Shown: positions 21,801 to 31,782 of the stretch, in pieces | Position numbering within the stretch: position 1 is the first letter of the stretch | Layout: each line of letters begins with the position of its first letter | Assembly (NCBI GenBank): GCA_963664815.2 | Contig: CAXXHB010000003.1 | Location: forward strand, 2,080,001-2,144,000 | Length of the DNA: 64,000 nucleotides | Reading direction: 5' to 3' | From: Spirochaetota bacterium | Lineage (GTDB): Bacteria; Spirochaetota; UBA4802; UBA5550 | Program-made: the position numbers and the translations under genes | Notes under the pieces: generated by a model | What the model saw: only the letters and a program-made list of their open reading frames with translations | Database searches by the model: none | Told to the model about the DNA's origin: nothing

Positions 21801-24800
21801 GCTCCGTTTCCGGCTGCGTCTATCGATTTGGCGTACAGATCGCCGTCTGTTGTCAATACTCCGCTCTTCTCTGTTTTATGCTCTTCCGCATGTTCGTTGT
21901 ATGCGGCCCTTACATTTAAACTGCCGCCGGTGGTTATATCGGCTTCGCCCCCTATATTAAGTGTGCTCCCTGTTATATCGGTATCTTTCCCCGATTTTGA
22001 TGCGTACTGCCCTGCTATGTCAATGGCAGATCCGCTGACTGTCTTGTCCGACACCATGTCGCTTTTCTTCTCGGAGCCGTATAATGCCCCACCTGTGGCA
22101 AAACCTGTCTTTTCCGTTGTCCTGCTGTAGTATGATTCGTCATGAACTGCTATTATCCTTTCGGTACCTTCAGCGTCAAGTTCGGCATCTCCACCCGATT
22201 TTATATCGCTTCCAACTATATTTATGTCGTTTCCGCTCTTTACCTTAAGGTTTCCCCCTGTTGTGAAACCGGAGCTTACAACGGTCTTTGTACTCATATC
22301 CACTGTTGTGGTTTCACTGCTGAAGGTTTTATTCTCTTTCTTTGTGCCGTGATAACTACTGGTATCATAGTCGTTAAGAAGATTAAAATTACCCGCTGTA
22401 GTTATATCGGCGCTTCCTGTAATGTCAGCTTTGCTCCCGACAAAGTTTATATCCCTTCCCGATGCAAGTACAAGGTTTCCCCCTGATGCAAGCGTGGAAC
22501 CGGCAGATTCGGAGGTAGTTGATATTCCGCTTGTATCGTCAGCTTCCTTATAAACGGTATTATTGATCTTAATCGTTTCAAAATTTATATTCCCGCCGGC
22601 TTCAATTACCGCGTCACCCCCCGATTTTACTTCTGCCCCCCTGTTTGTAAAATTACCCCCGGCGTTTACAGTCAGTTTTCCCCCTGCTTCTATGGATGCT
22701 GCTGCACCAACGGTTGTATTTACATAGTCCGGATTATATACTGCAGTGCTTACTTCTGTTTCATTTATAATATTTCCATTTACTGCTGTAAGGGTAAGGG
22801 AACCGCCGCTTTTTATTGTTCCCCCGCTATTTGTTATATTGCCATTCGCGGTTATTTCCACAGAGCTTTTCCCTTCAATCCTGCCGGCATTGCCTACATT
22901 GCCATCAGCATTGATATTAACCGAATTACCCGCTATTGTTGAACTGCTGTTCTTTGAAAATCCCTCTATTATATGTTCAGGTATATATATCTTCGGTACA
23001 AGGACTTTCTGACCCATTACCTCATCTTCCACATACCATATAATTGGCTGCTGCAGCCTGTTTATCTGGTCTTTGCTCAGTTCAACTCCCACTGCAAGTT
23101 CAAGATCCCTGTAGGCGCTGGCTGCGTTGTCAAGAAGCCATGTCATCTGCTCCTGGTCGCTCTTTATACTCTCGTCAAGGTACCTGTTTGAAGTGGCTTT
23201 AAGGATGGATTCCGTAACAAGCTTCTGCTCATAAAACGCATCACCGAGAAATTTCACATCCTTTTCAGGGTTAAATCCTATCCTGGTCAGCAGGTACTGT
23301 GAACCCTTAAGCTTTTCTACATCTATATATTCATTTCTTGTTTCTATAAGGTAGGTCGAACCTGGAGCGCTGTTTACTGTAAAAAGAGCATTTCCGTCAT
23401 TGTTTATATTTATATTTTGAGAAAGATCAATGGCTCCATTATTTGCAATTGCTTCATATGCCTTATCAACAGTATTTCCGGATAGTACAACTCCCGGCTT
23501 ATTCTCCTCTACAAATCCATTGTTAACCGCACCGCCTGTTAAAGTAACCTTTCCGCCGGCGCTTATAATGGCTTTATCATTGGATACTACATTAATGTAT
23601 CCGGCTTCCCACACTTCCGAATAATCATCCCCTTCATCATATTCTGTCCAGCCCCAGTGGCAAAATTTTTTTGTCCAGTGATGTTTATGCCCCATATAAT
23701 TAAGCTGCGCTACATATTCATTCCTGTTGTTTGTTTCATTTATAAGAGTGGCTGCATTTATTGTAATATCAGCTCCTGCGGATATTACGCTTCCATGGTT
23801 TTTAACCTCTCCGGATGTTATGTCCAGATTTCCACCCGCCTTAATAGTGGAATAATCAGTATGCATCAGAGACTGGGAGAGCACATATTGATCCATTACA
23901 GCCCAGCATTCATCCCCATAGTCCCCTACATGAACAAATGTTGTGGTATACCCGTAGGTATCCTCCCCCGTATTTTCAAGCCTGCCGTCTGCTCCAAGGT
24001 TTATTGACATGTTTTTTTCAGATTCAATATTTGAGGAATAATTATATATACTGTTCCCTGTTGGAGCGGTACCTGTAATTGTCATATCTCCCATAGAATA
24101 TATATAGCTCTCATTAAGGCCGTTCCTGGTATTTTTAAGGGAACCTGTCTCAATAGTCATCTTGTTGCCTGAAAATATCAGGGCTCCGCTGTTAAGAATT
24201 GTATCTGCGTGTATAGCAAGATCATTTCCCGATGATATTTCTTTATAATTACTTATATTTTTCCCATTTATAGCCATATCTGATGCGCTGCTTATAATGC
24301 CGCTGTTGACAATATTACCGCCGGATGATATTGACACCCCCTGTTTTGAAACAATGCTGCTTCCGCTGCTGTTGACTATATTACCGGAGGCGTTTATCCC
24401 TATTGCTCCGTTCATTGAGAGGTTAATGTTGTTTGTAAAGTCAGCAGAGGATATGCCGAGGTGCTTCTCTGCATATATGGAAGATATTCCGCTGTTCAGG
24501 GTAACGTTTCCGGTCATATCTATCCCGATATTACCGGCAGACTTTATCTCTCCGCCAAGTATGTCAAGGCTGCCGTTACCATGTATGCTTATTGTGCCGT
24601 TTTCACCAGCTGTTGTAATACTCCCGCCGTTATTGTCGAGAGTTCCTGTTGCGGCTATATCTATATTCCCCGAGGAGGCTATTTTCCCCCCGTTATTGTC
24701 AATTAACCCTGCCAGCGATATATCCTTAAGGGCCTTTATGCTCCCCCTGTTGGTTATATTTTTAGCGGAATAGCCTGCATTCTCCATGGCAAAGGTATTG

Positions 24801-25768
24801 CCGTTCTGTTTTATATCACCTGAAATGGAGGTTACTGTTACATTTTTCGCAGACTGTGCATTTTTCAGTTCAATATTGCCGTCAGCCGATATTTTTATAT
24901 CCGATACATCGGCAACCATATCACCGTCCGATTTTACGCCAACGCCCTTCTCATTGCTTACCACTGTAATTCGCCCTGCATATATGCTTCCAAGGGCGGA
25001 GGCGTCAATCCCTATCTCAGGTTTCGGTTCGCCTGTATCCTTCTGTGTAAATGTTTTGTCATTATAGTTATAAAACCCGGTTCCCGTATTTATGCTTACA
25101 TCCTTTCCCCATATGCCGCCGTTAAGGGAGGCTACCCTTGATACTATTTCAAAATAGTTCACCTGCCCGGCATCTATCCCCTTCCCCTCAACTATCAGTG
25201 AACCGCCGCTTATATCTATGCCTTTAAAGACATCGGAATCGAAGACAGCCCTCCCTGTGGCCAGGGTTACCCTGGGCATATTGATAAATGAGGCACCGTT
25301 GCACATTATACCGTTGGGGTTTACAAGGACAAATTCCGCAGATTTACCAAACATCTCCGTGGCTCCCAGCAGGCTGCTTCTTCCGGTGCCCGTCACTTCG
25401 TTTATTACAAGAGAGGCGGCGACGCCGCTGCTCTGGTAATTGGGATTTCCATACATGGCGCCCCCGAGAACAGACACACCCATATTTACGGAGTTGTTGA
25501 GTATTACGCCGCCGGTACCTACATTATAGTTCTGAAACATGTTGTGCGAAACGCCGTTTGAGTTTGCTGTTGCGAGGTTTACTACTGTTACGCCGTTCTG
25601 TGCGGTATCCAGAGTGGGCTTGTTCGCCGCCGAGGTATCGACAGTTATATCCGCAGCGTATAATGGAGGCAGTGCAAAGGTACACATCTCACCTGCCAGC
25701 AGAAGTACAAGTAATTGCTTTAAGATCTCTTTTAACCTTTTCATAACACTTATCTTCCCGGGTAACAT
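18848..25768 (-). CDS. cdiA: CdiA-like TpsA filamentous toxin, copy 2 (Gly-rich/hydrophobic tip)
   Basis: Signal peptide, TPS domain (NPNGI), FHA repeats, FLGDAFYEQKLV and VLVPKIY motifs, variable C-terminus. Confidence 0.9.
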   Translation of the reverse strand: MLPGKISVMKRLKEILKQLLVLLLAGEMCTFALPPLYAADITVDTSAANKPTLDTAQNGVTVVNLATANSNGVSHNMFQNYNVGTGGVILNNSVNMGVSVLGGAMYGNPNYQSSGVAASLVINEVTGTGRSSLLGATEMFGKSAEFVLVNPNGIMCNGASFINMPRVTLATGRAVFDSDVFKGIDISGGSLIVEGKGIDAGQVNYFEIVSRVASLNGGIWGKDVSINTGTGFYNYNDKTFTQKDTGEPKPEIGIDASALGSIYAGRITVVSNEKGVGVKSDGDMVADVSDIKISADGNIELKNAQSAKNVTVTSISGDIKQNGNTFAMENAGYSAKNITNRGSIKALKDISLAGLIDNNGGKIASSGNIDIAATGTLDNNGGSITTAGENGTISIHGNGSLDILGGEIKSAGNIGIDMTGNVTLNSGISSIYAEKHLGISSADFTNNINLSMNGAIGINASGNIVNSSGSSIVSKQGVSISSGGNIVNSGIISSASDMAINGKNISNYKEISSGNDLAIHADTILNSGALIFSGNKMTIETGSLKNTRNGLNESYIYSMGDMTITGTAPTGNSIYNYSSNIESEKNMSINLGADGRLENTGEDTYGYTTTFVHVGDYGDECWAVMDQYVLSQSLMHTDYSTIKAGGNLDITSGEVKNHGSVISAGADITINAATLINETNNRNEYVAQLNYMGHKHHWTKKFCHWGWTEYDEGDDYSEVWEAGYINVVSNDKAIISAGGKVTLTGGAVNNGFVEENKPGVVLSGNTVDKAYEAIANNGAIDLSQNININNDGNALFTVNSAPGSTYLIETRNEYIDVEKLKGSQYLLTRIGFNPEKDVKFLGDAFYEQKLVTESILKATSNRYLDESIKSDQEQMTWLLDNAASAYRDLELAVGVELSKDQINRLQQPIIWYVEDEVMGQKVLVPKIYIPEHIIEGFSKNSSSTIAGNSVNINADGNVGNAGRIEGKSSVEITANGNITNSGGTIKSGGSLTLTAVNGNIINETEVSTAVYNPDYVNTTVGAAASIEAGGKLTVNAGGNFTNRGAEVKSGGDAVIEAGGNINFETIKINNTVYKEADDTSGISTTSESAGSTLASGGNLVLASGRDINFVGSKADITGSADITTAGNFNLLNDYDTSSYHGTKKENKTFSSETTTVDMSTKTVVSSGFTTGGNLKVKSGNDINIVGSDIKSGGDAELDAEGTERIIAVHDESYYSRTTEKTGFATGGALYGSEKKSDMVSDKTVSGSAIDIAGQYASKSGKDTDITGSTLNIGGEADITTGGSLNVRAAYNEHAEEHKTEKSGVLTTDGDLYAKSIDAAGNGATTAAGSAITAGKLKASTGGDFLMEGSAINAGIAEFDTTGSFTETSAKETSYEYSIHEKTTMGINMDLFTNPKNAFDYDQGRASVTLAGGSYDSVKERTDRETQSSSKLNVSEDLTVNSGKNITVAGSEINTGGDVTLTAAENVSIKTTEEKTSHTAEETHGSVEFSFGGKNAATDVAYATKALVEAKEAVVKAKNDYEKYRESLKKAEDDHKNNLIDQDDLDSIREQEAFYIANIALCGENVVAKTAALLQSAAGAAGSAGTFGFSGDAQFEIDATKTKSTSESTTAKASTIKTGGSFTVTAGSKAEVKGSSVAAGEDITLDAENVEISAAENRESSSEDKKHANMKVSFGTSGAIGVNASADSTETDSESKTYTNAHLSGNNIKIKSSEDTTVIGGVVKAKNELDLDVNGSLVVQSLQDKSKNSSQTIGASGGVSVTGENVSGNAGVNANFSTGKKSWVTEQTSLTGGTVNVDVEDKTTLRGAVIASTTDNLTLTTGSLEFSNIKDKDVSFNAGGSASGSFKPTENTYSSSLNYGYTDNRQTNLATIGAGTITITKPETSAEGLNRDVTISQYNTYSGGLKGGVTVDTATVELIKDREKTIYDTVGALESGLTEAEKTAKKVDKEIETTIEKTENLLKFDHYTEDKNVSSFQTMDEYEKKVENGKPVSASETLAYYGSKNLVGEALSPDEQMDMLNAYKTVKQELSNSLSKDILDTYTKDTAVVINAKIALLKEIDPDAAHAIEVKFAKERAANNLAQAKDSSDEIYNQSMQTLTNIREIVEQQEEDNQKSIVYKTYGIGANATYGRPGMALSGGIEGGVMLQVDNSQDSLIKQVIGLSYTVTMPVVGPLVGNLIHDALNSVDSMGYATYNATAVVGNQDLISDKTTDYPVAYVQSAGVYETMKTTQGEKIENMNNAYDDMLQFSNNYTLSIPGTSASVNYERSYSGKTIGVDFGTGLGWSSGGYYPTYTRNIGNTKGYLSE

Positions 25769-25848
25769 GTTTTTTCAACAGGTGCCCTTTACCGGTTTGT
25801 TTATGTATGTCCGGTTTTATATTTTTTTTAAATAAGATAACTCCCTGG

Positions 25849-26214
25849 TTACTTTTTTATGGCCTTGATCATTTTATTGCATATGTCGTTAAAGATCTCC
25901 GCTTCAGCCCCTTTAAGCTTGGCCCTCTGCATAAAGAAAAGAAAATTTTTCGCCATTGGAAGGGGGAAATCAATTTCAACCGACTTTTTTTTATCTGAAC
26001 TTACACTCTTGTATTCATCTACAAGAAGATTCTTGATATCTATGAACGGCATTACCTCATCGCCTCTGAGGTCAATAGTGTTAAGAATATTTATACAAAG
26101 GGCTAGCTCTTCAGAGGTGAATTTTATACTTACCTTCGGGTCCTTTGCAACTGCCGCTGTCATTATACCCATTATTAACACTGCACAGATTGATGTTTTA
26201 AAAAAATTATTCAT
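25849..26214 (-). CDS. 121-aa exported protein, identical to 46332-46697
   Basis: Signal peptide (AVA-K); duplicated together with cdiA. Confidence 0.75.
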   Translation of the reverse strand: MNNFFKTSICAVLIMGIMTAAVAKDPKVSIKFTSEELALCINILNTIDLRGDEVMPFIDIKNLLVDEYKSVSSDKKKSVEIDFPLPMAKNFLFFMQRAKLKGAEAEIFNDICNKMIKAIKK

Positions 26215-26413
26215 AAAAGCATGGTTTCCTTTTTTTAAATATTTATTTACCCGTATTATATTCCTGAATAAACAGATAAAATATATTTAAATCTCCTGCG
26301 CAATTTGCTCCGGAGATTATATTATTTCTTTATTCACACTAAAATATATCTTCAGGAATCAATACATAAATTATATTAATATTTTTATATTCTTAAAATT
26401 GTCAACTCAAATT

Positions 26414-26633
26414 ACTCTTTTTTATCATTCTTTTTTGTAAACATATTCCATGTTTCTTCGCCAAGACCGGAAATACTCATAGTGGCAATACAGTAAATGA
26501 TATGGCTGTTTTCATCCAGGAAATCGGGCTGGCGGTGCTTCCTCGAATAGGTAAAGTTTACATTTATAATCCCGGATGAGTAGACAATACCGGTTGAATA
26601 CCCGGTTATATAACCTTTTCCCCTGCCGTAATT
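26414..26633 (-). pseudogene. cdiB 3' remnant
   Basis: Matches 46897-47116 with scattered substitutions; cut at an IS66 end. Confidence 0.85.
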
Positions 26634-26635
26634 GG

Positions 26636-27084
26636 GTAAGCGTTAAATTCCCCGCGTACCAGTATTCTGTCCGTAAATCCTTTCATTTGTGACAAAACAT
26701 GGTAGAAGCTTCAACATTTCCTCTCTGGTCGACACCAATGGAAACTCAGAGAATAGAAATCGCAGGTATGCATACGGCTCAAGACTGTTAACTTCAGCAC
26801 TCTCTACCAGACTGTACATCATTGCGCTCGCATCCGCACCACGAGGTGTATTTGAAAACATCCAGTTCTTGCGGTAGCCCGCGCGGTGCCCATGCCAGTG
26901 CCGGATTATACAGCATAATCGAGACGGCAAAGGCAAATGGTCTTGAGCCATACTGGTATCTTAGATACCTGTTTGAAAAATTACCTGCCTGTACAAGTGA
27001 TAATGAAATCCGGTCAATTATGCCAAATAGAATTGATCCTGAAGTTATCAGTAAATTCAGAGGTGGGGTTAATTAAGCACATAC
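26636..27084. mobile_element. Two back-to-back IS66 transposase 3' remnants
   Basis: Minus strand RKNWMFSNTPRGADASAMMYSLVESA..LEPYAYL; plus strand SPRGAHASAGLYSIIETAKANGLEPYWYL. Ends GTAAGCG and CACATAC. Confidence 0.8.
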
Positions 27085-27274
27085 AAATAAACAGGGCGAT
27101 TGACCGCTTGAGAAAAATCCACGCCCGGCAGGATATAAAAAACTTCAAAACAGAAATGCCTACCGTGTAAGGGCGGGCAACTACAGAATTATTTATGAAA
27201 TCAAGGACAGTGAACTCTTTATCCTGGTTATCCGCGTCAGACACCGGAGTGATGTTTATAAAAACATGCCGTAA
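27085..27274 (+). pseudogene. RelE/ParE-family toxin 3' remnant
   Basis: Manual translation NPRPAGYKKLQNRNAYRVRAGNYRIIYEIKDSELFILVIRVRHRSDVY. 5' end replaced by IS66; frameshift near 27110. Confidence 0.8.
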
Positions 27275-27291
27275 CGTAGCTTATTTATTCT

Positions 27292-27675
27292 TCACCAAAA
27301 AGCCGTTTCATCAATATTTAAAAGCCCGATAACGGTCTTATGAAGTTTTATTACTTTTTCAACAGCATCTTTTAGAACAACTTGAACTTCAGACTCTTCC
27401 TCTGCACCAACCTGCGTGGAGTATAAATACCATTTATAACCATCAATTCCAGCATCAAACTCAGCCGTCTTTAGAAAAGCCTGAATATCAGCATCAACAA
27501 TCTTATCCCGGTTTTTCAGCAACGCATCATATGAGCCAGGATTAATATCTGAAGTAACATAATAATATTCTCGCGATACCCCGGAACCGAGAATCCTTAT
27601 CTCCCTTGACAGATATACCTGCGAATATGGGACTCCTTCGCCCCATAAATCTCCGGTTTTATCGTCACGTTTCAT
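27292..27675 (-). CDS. Hypothetical protein
   Basis: Strong RBS GGAGG, 127 aa. Confidence 0.65.
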   Translation of the reverse strand: MKRDDKTGDLWGEGVPYSQVYLSREIRILGSGVSREYYYVTSDINPGSYDALLKNRDKIVDADIQAFLKTAEFDAGIDGYKWYLYSTQVGAEEESEVQVVLKDAVEKVIKLHKTVIGLLNIDETAFW

Positions 27676-27717
27676 TTATTCCTCCAATAGCTGTTACTAA
27701 ACTCTCTCTTCCGCACC

Positions 27718-27843
27718 CCCGAACTTCAGCGATAAAATGGATTATGCCGCAGCGCTCCGCGACGTACCCTCAATCTCATCGGGCGGGGAGCATCCCGCCA
27801 TTGTTCATTCGGCGCACATAATCCATTTTATCGAAAGTTCGGG
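27718..27843. repeat. 126-bp palindrome with AAC/GTT ends (attC-like)
   Basis: CCCGAAC-N5-CGATAAAATGGATTATG ... CATAATCCATTTTATCG-N3-GTTCGGG. Confidence 0.6.
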
Positions 27844-28027
27844 AAATTGCTGTGGTAATTGACTGGACTTCTTTACTATTAACAGTTTATGATCCATCAA
27901 AACTTTTTATTTCTGTGAACTTACTAGATTAATACTTTTTACAAACTAGAAACGAATGGATTGACCAGTGCCATCACTAAAAACATTTATATTTAAAGAT
28001 TAAAGAATGTTTTTTGAATAGCCTCGA

Positions 28028-28282
28028 CTAATCCACATCTATTTCATCTTTAAATGGTTCTCTAACCTTATTAATATATTTTTTTGAAATAGCTTTAAAT
28101 TGTTTATAATTGATTCTCGCTTGATTTAAACTTTCAACATTTGCCCCACCTTTATAATCAGGATCATTGAATTGAACATTATCATCTTCCCAATAACAAA
28201 CAGGACATATTTCAAACGTACCTGTAGGTTTTTCAGTTAAGGTTAAATTATTACAACATGGGCATTTGTATTTTTCTCTCAT
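28028..28282 (-). CDS. CPCC-family cysteine-rich immunity protein
   Basis: CPCC...EICPVCYWEDD...GGAN..SL.QAR.NY. Confidence 0.88.
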   Translation of the reverse strand: MREKYKCPCCNNLTLTEKPTGTFEICPVCYWEDDNVQFNDPDYKGGANVESLNQARINYKQFKAISKKYINKVREPFKDEIDVD

Positions 28283-28302
28283 AAAATTAATTACTCTTGA
28301 TT

Positions 28303-29706
28303 TTATTTTTGCTTATTAAAATATTCTACACCATTATCTGGCTTGAACATGGTCTTAGGTGTACCATTAGAAGTTTTAACACCAAAAGTATTTGTTTCTG
28401 GATGATAAATGATAATCTCACCATTCGTCCGAACTTTAAACAAAGAACCATCTGGTGGATTATTAACAAAATCCTTTGCTTTATCAACATATTGCTTACT
28501 ATTTTGAATATCTGAAAATTCATCGCCATGTTTTTCCCAATGACTATAAGCATTCTCTACTGAAGATTTATTTTTAGTTGATGACCAGATACTTTTACTA
28601 CCTGCTACGTCATTCGCCCCATCAGCAATAACTTTTTCTATTTCACCAGTCGCTTTAGCTTCCCTTCCTACTAATCCACTGGATGCAGTTGTCGCATCTC
28701 CTAAACTTATATGTTCAGGTATATTGTCTGCTGCTTCCTTAAACACCACACCTAAAGCTAAATTGAATGCCTGCTTCAACGTACTATCAGAATTTCCGGC
28801 ATTTGCAATCGATTCAATCGAATTTTCAGTTAATTTGTCTTTAACTATACGTAATAGTTTTGCATCAGGAGAATTGGAATCAGTATTATCAATCCCCATT
28901 GTATTAACTGTTCCCGAAAGATTGACAACATTATTTGCTATCTCATTTCCCTGCTGTATCTCCGCATCTCTTAAACTTGAATTTACCGCCAGCTGCTTGG
29001 CATAAGCTATCGCCACCCTCTCCTTAGCAAACTTAACCTCAATTGCATGTGCCGCATCAGGGTCAATCTCTTTAAGCAGCGCTATCTTGGCATTTATTAC
29101 AACCGCAGTATCTTTCGTATATGTATCAAGAATATCCTTTGACAGACTATTTGATAGCTCCTGCTTTACAGTTTTGTAAGCATTCAGCATATCCATCTGC
29201 TCATCGGGGCTCAGTGCTTCTCCGACAAGGTTTTTTGATCCGTAATATGCAAGTGTCTCTGATGCACTTACAGGTTTCCCGTTTTCAACCTTCTTCTCGT
29301 ATTCATCCATTGTCTGGAATGATGATACATTTTTATCTTCTGTATAGTGGTCAAATTTTAACAGGTTCTCAGTCTTCTCAATTGTTGTTTCAATTTCCTG
29401 ATCTACCTTCTTCGCTGTTTTCTCTGCTTCAGTTAATCCACTTTCCAATGCATCTACTGTATTATATAAGGTCTTTTCCCTGTCTTTTATCAGTGCTACT
29501 GTCGCGGTATCTACCGTAACTCCGCCTTTAAGTCCTCCGCTGTATGTATTGTATTGTGATATTGTTACATCTCTGTTAAGTCCCTCTGCCGATGTTTCCG
29601 GTTTGGTTATTGTTATTGTTCCTGCTCCTATTGTTGCCAGGTTTGTCTGTCTGTTATCTGTGTAGCCGTAGTTTAAGGGCGTGACACTGACGATCTTGAA
29701 TATCAT
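28303..29706 (-). pseudogene. Orphan CdiA-CT, probable RNase tip
   Basis: HWEKHG.EF...YV..A..F...RTNG...YHPETNTF.V...GTPKTMFKP tip. Activity is inferred. The ATG derives from element A. Confidence 0.75.
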
Positions 29707-29910
29707 TTGGCGTAATGTTTTACGCCCCTACATGTTGTTAATATTTTTTATTATATATGAAATGTTTATTTCACATTCGTCAGGTCCGGGCTTTCCGCTT
29801 GTATAAAACGGCCAATCTGTTGATTTCTATTTACTCTTTATTGATTGCCGTTTTATATCGCTGCAATCCCTCACGCGGTGTGCTTTTATATTGTTGGTTT
29901 TCAAGGAGCT
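29676..29910. repeat. Element A, copy 6
   Basis: Minus strand reads GTAG-GGGCGTAAAACATTACGCC, a GTAG-type REP. Confidence 0.85.
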
Positions 29911-30023
29911 GAAGTTATTAGTGGATAAATCAAAAAAGTACTACTCACAAATTATATTTTCTATAGTTGGACTTTAGCGAAATTCCGTGACTTGTTGTGT
30001 TAATTGATTCACATTAAAACTTT

Positions 30024-30335
30024 TTATTTTACTTTTATCAAGTTAATTATAGCACTAATCGCCAAATAAGAAAAAAATATTATTAACAACAATGCCAATA
30101 TGTCTTCATAATTAGTAAACTTTCGAGAACCCAACATTAAAATTATAATAATTGCAAATAATTTATTATACCATTTTGTTTCAACAATAGGAGCTTTTTC
30201 AATTTTTTCAATTTTTAACAAATCACCTTTTTTTTTTGCATTAAAAAATTTTATAAAAAACAAAATAAGTGTAATAATCATCGAAAAAAATAAAACTACC
30301 TCTGATACTAACAATATATTTTTTAAACTAATCAT
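30024..30335 (-). CDS. Putative 3-TM immunity protein
   Basis: Overlaps the toxin stop; hydrophobic. Confidence 0.75.
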   Translation of the reverse strand: MISLKNILLVSEVVLFFSMIITLILFFIKFFNAKKKGDLLKIEKIEKAPIVETKWYNKLFAIIIILMLGSRKFTNYEDILALLLIIFFSYLAISAIINLIKVK

Positions 30336-31698
30336 TTAACTTGTATCTTTGCACTGACTCAATATACTTTTGCTGTTCAGCTTGTATCAGTGCTTCCGTT
30401 CCTTTTACAATTTTATAATTATAAACTGGTGTACTAGTAATTGGTTTACTTAATGTAGCTGAAAAATTTGATGTTGAACCACCAGTTTGTATCGAAAAAT
30501 ATTTATCTCCAAAATCAATTTCTCCAGAAATATGGTTATAAGTAGCACTTAACGAACCAGAATTTCCATTCCCATATCCGAATCCAACAACTCCAGTAAC
30601 CCACGCGGCAGGACTTTCTCCAAGTGTTAAGTAAGTATCTCTTGAAGCTGAAAACGTACCTTCAGCTAGATTTACATTGAGAGAGTAACCAATTGTACCA
30701 CCTCCACCAAGATTAGTTGCACTATTTTCTATCGCCCCTGTAATGATGACGCTTCCTTTGCCATTTGGCAAATATTCAATTACTTTTCCTAAAACAGTTG
30801 GTTCAATCCCAGTTACTACTTCTGTAATAATTCTATCACCTGCTTTTATATTATCCGGATTGGCAATCTGAGGATTATTCGCCATAAGCTTAGCATATTC
30901 TGTATCAAAATCAGTTTTAATGCTTTTATCAGCTAGAGCTTTTACATTACCTTCAACAATTTTAGCTATTGTATCCCCTTTATCTATCTGTTCGGTTTTA
31001 ACCCCGATGGTACCTTTTTTATCATATTCTTCAAATGAAGCGCAATAAATCTTTGGTTTAGAACGTGCTACTACTCCACCATCTTCACTTGTATCAAGTT
31101 CCTTCGCCTTTTCGCTACCCTTAACCAGTGTATCTGATTCAGCATTCGCATTATTCCAGTTAATTACAGCATCATGATTTGTAGTTGTTGAAGCAGTATC
31201 CGAAAACCTGTTCCATAAATTTCCTGCCTGTTCTCCACGTGAAGATGCAAGTATTAGCTGCTGTCCTGCATCAAGGTCCAGCCCATTAGTGGTGTTATCC
31301 TTCCTCTGGGCTTCCCAGAAGAGTGATGTAATAATATCTCCACCCTTTGATATATCTGTTCCTTCGGTATTCAGATATGTTTCATTATTATTCTGGTCAT
31401 ATGCTGCTGCATATCCATTCATCGCGTTATCTGTTTTATCACCCTGATACAGATTTACATGAGATATTTTATCATCCTTAACTCCATCGCTGCTCTGAAC
31501 AGTTTCAGAAACCTTATTAACCGCTTCTCCCAATGATGCCGCATCTTTATCAAGTGCATTATCGAGTTTTTCAGCTAAAGCCTTGTTCTCTGCCAGGGAT
31601 GCTATTGTTAATACATCCTTACGGGCATTAATTACAGCCTCGAGTGTACCCGCGAATCCAAGACCTTCTTTAGCTTTGGTAGTTTCTGTTGCCTCTTC
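30328..31698 (-). pseudogene. Orphan type-B module with LysM-like + Gly-rich tip (ORF 30328-31533)
   Basis: IDKGDTI...NPQIANPDNIKAGDRI LysM-like pattern followed by Gly-rich strands. Confidence 0.7.
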
Positions 31699-31782
31699 AA
31701 CATCTGCCCGTATACAATCCTGAGAAAACGGTTTTTCACTGTATATAATATAAAAAAATTACTTTCAAAGATCAATAATTAA

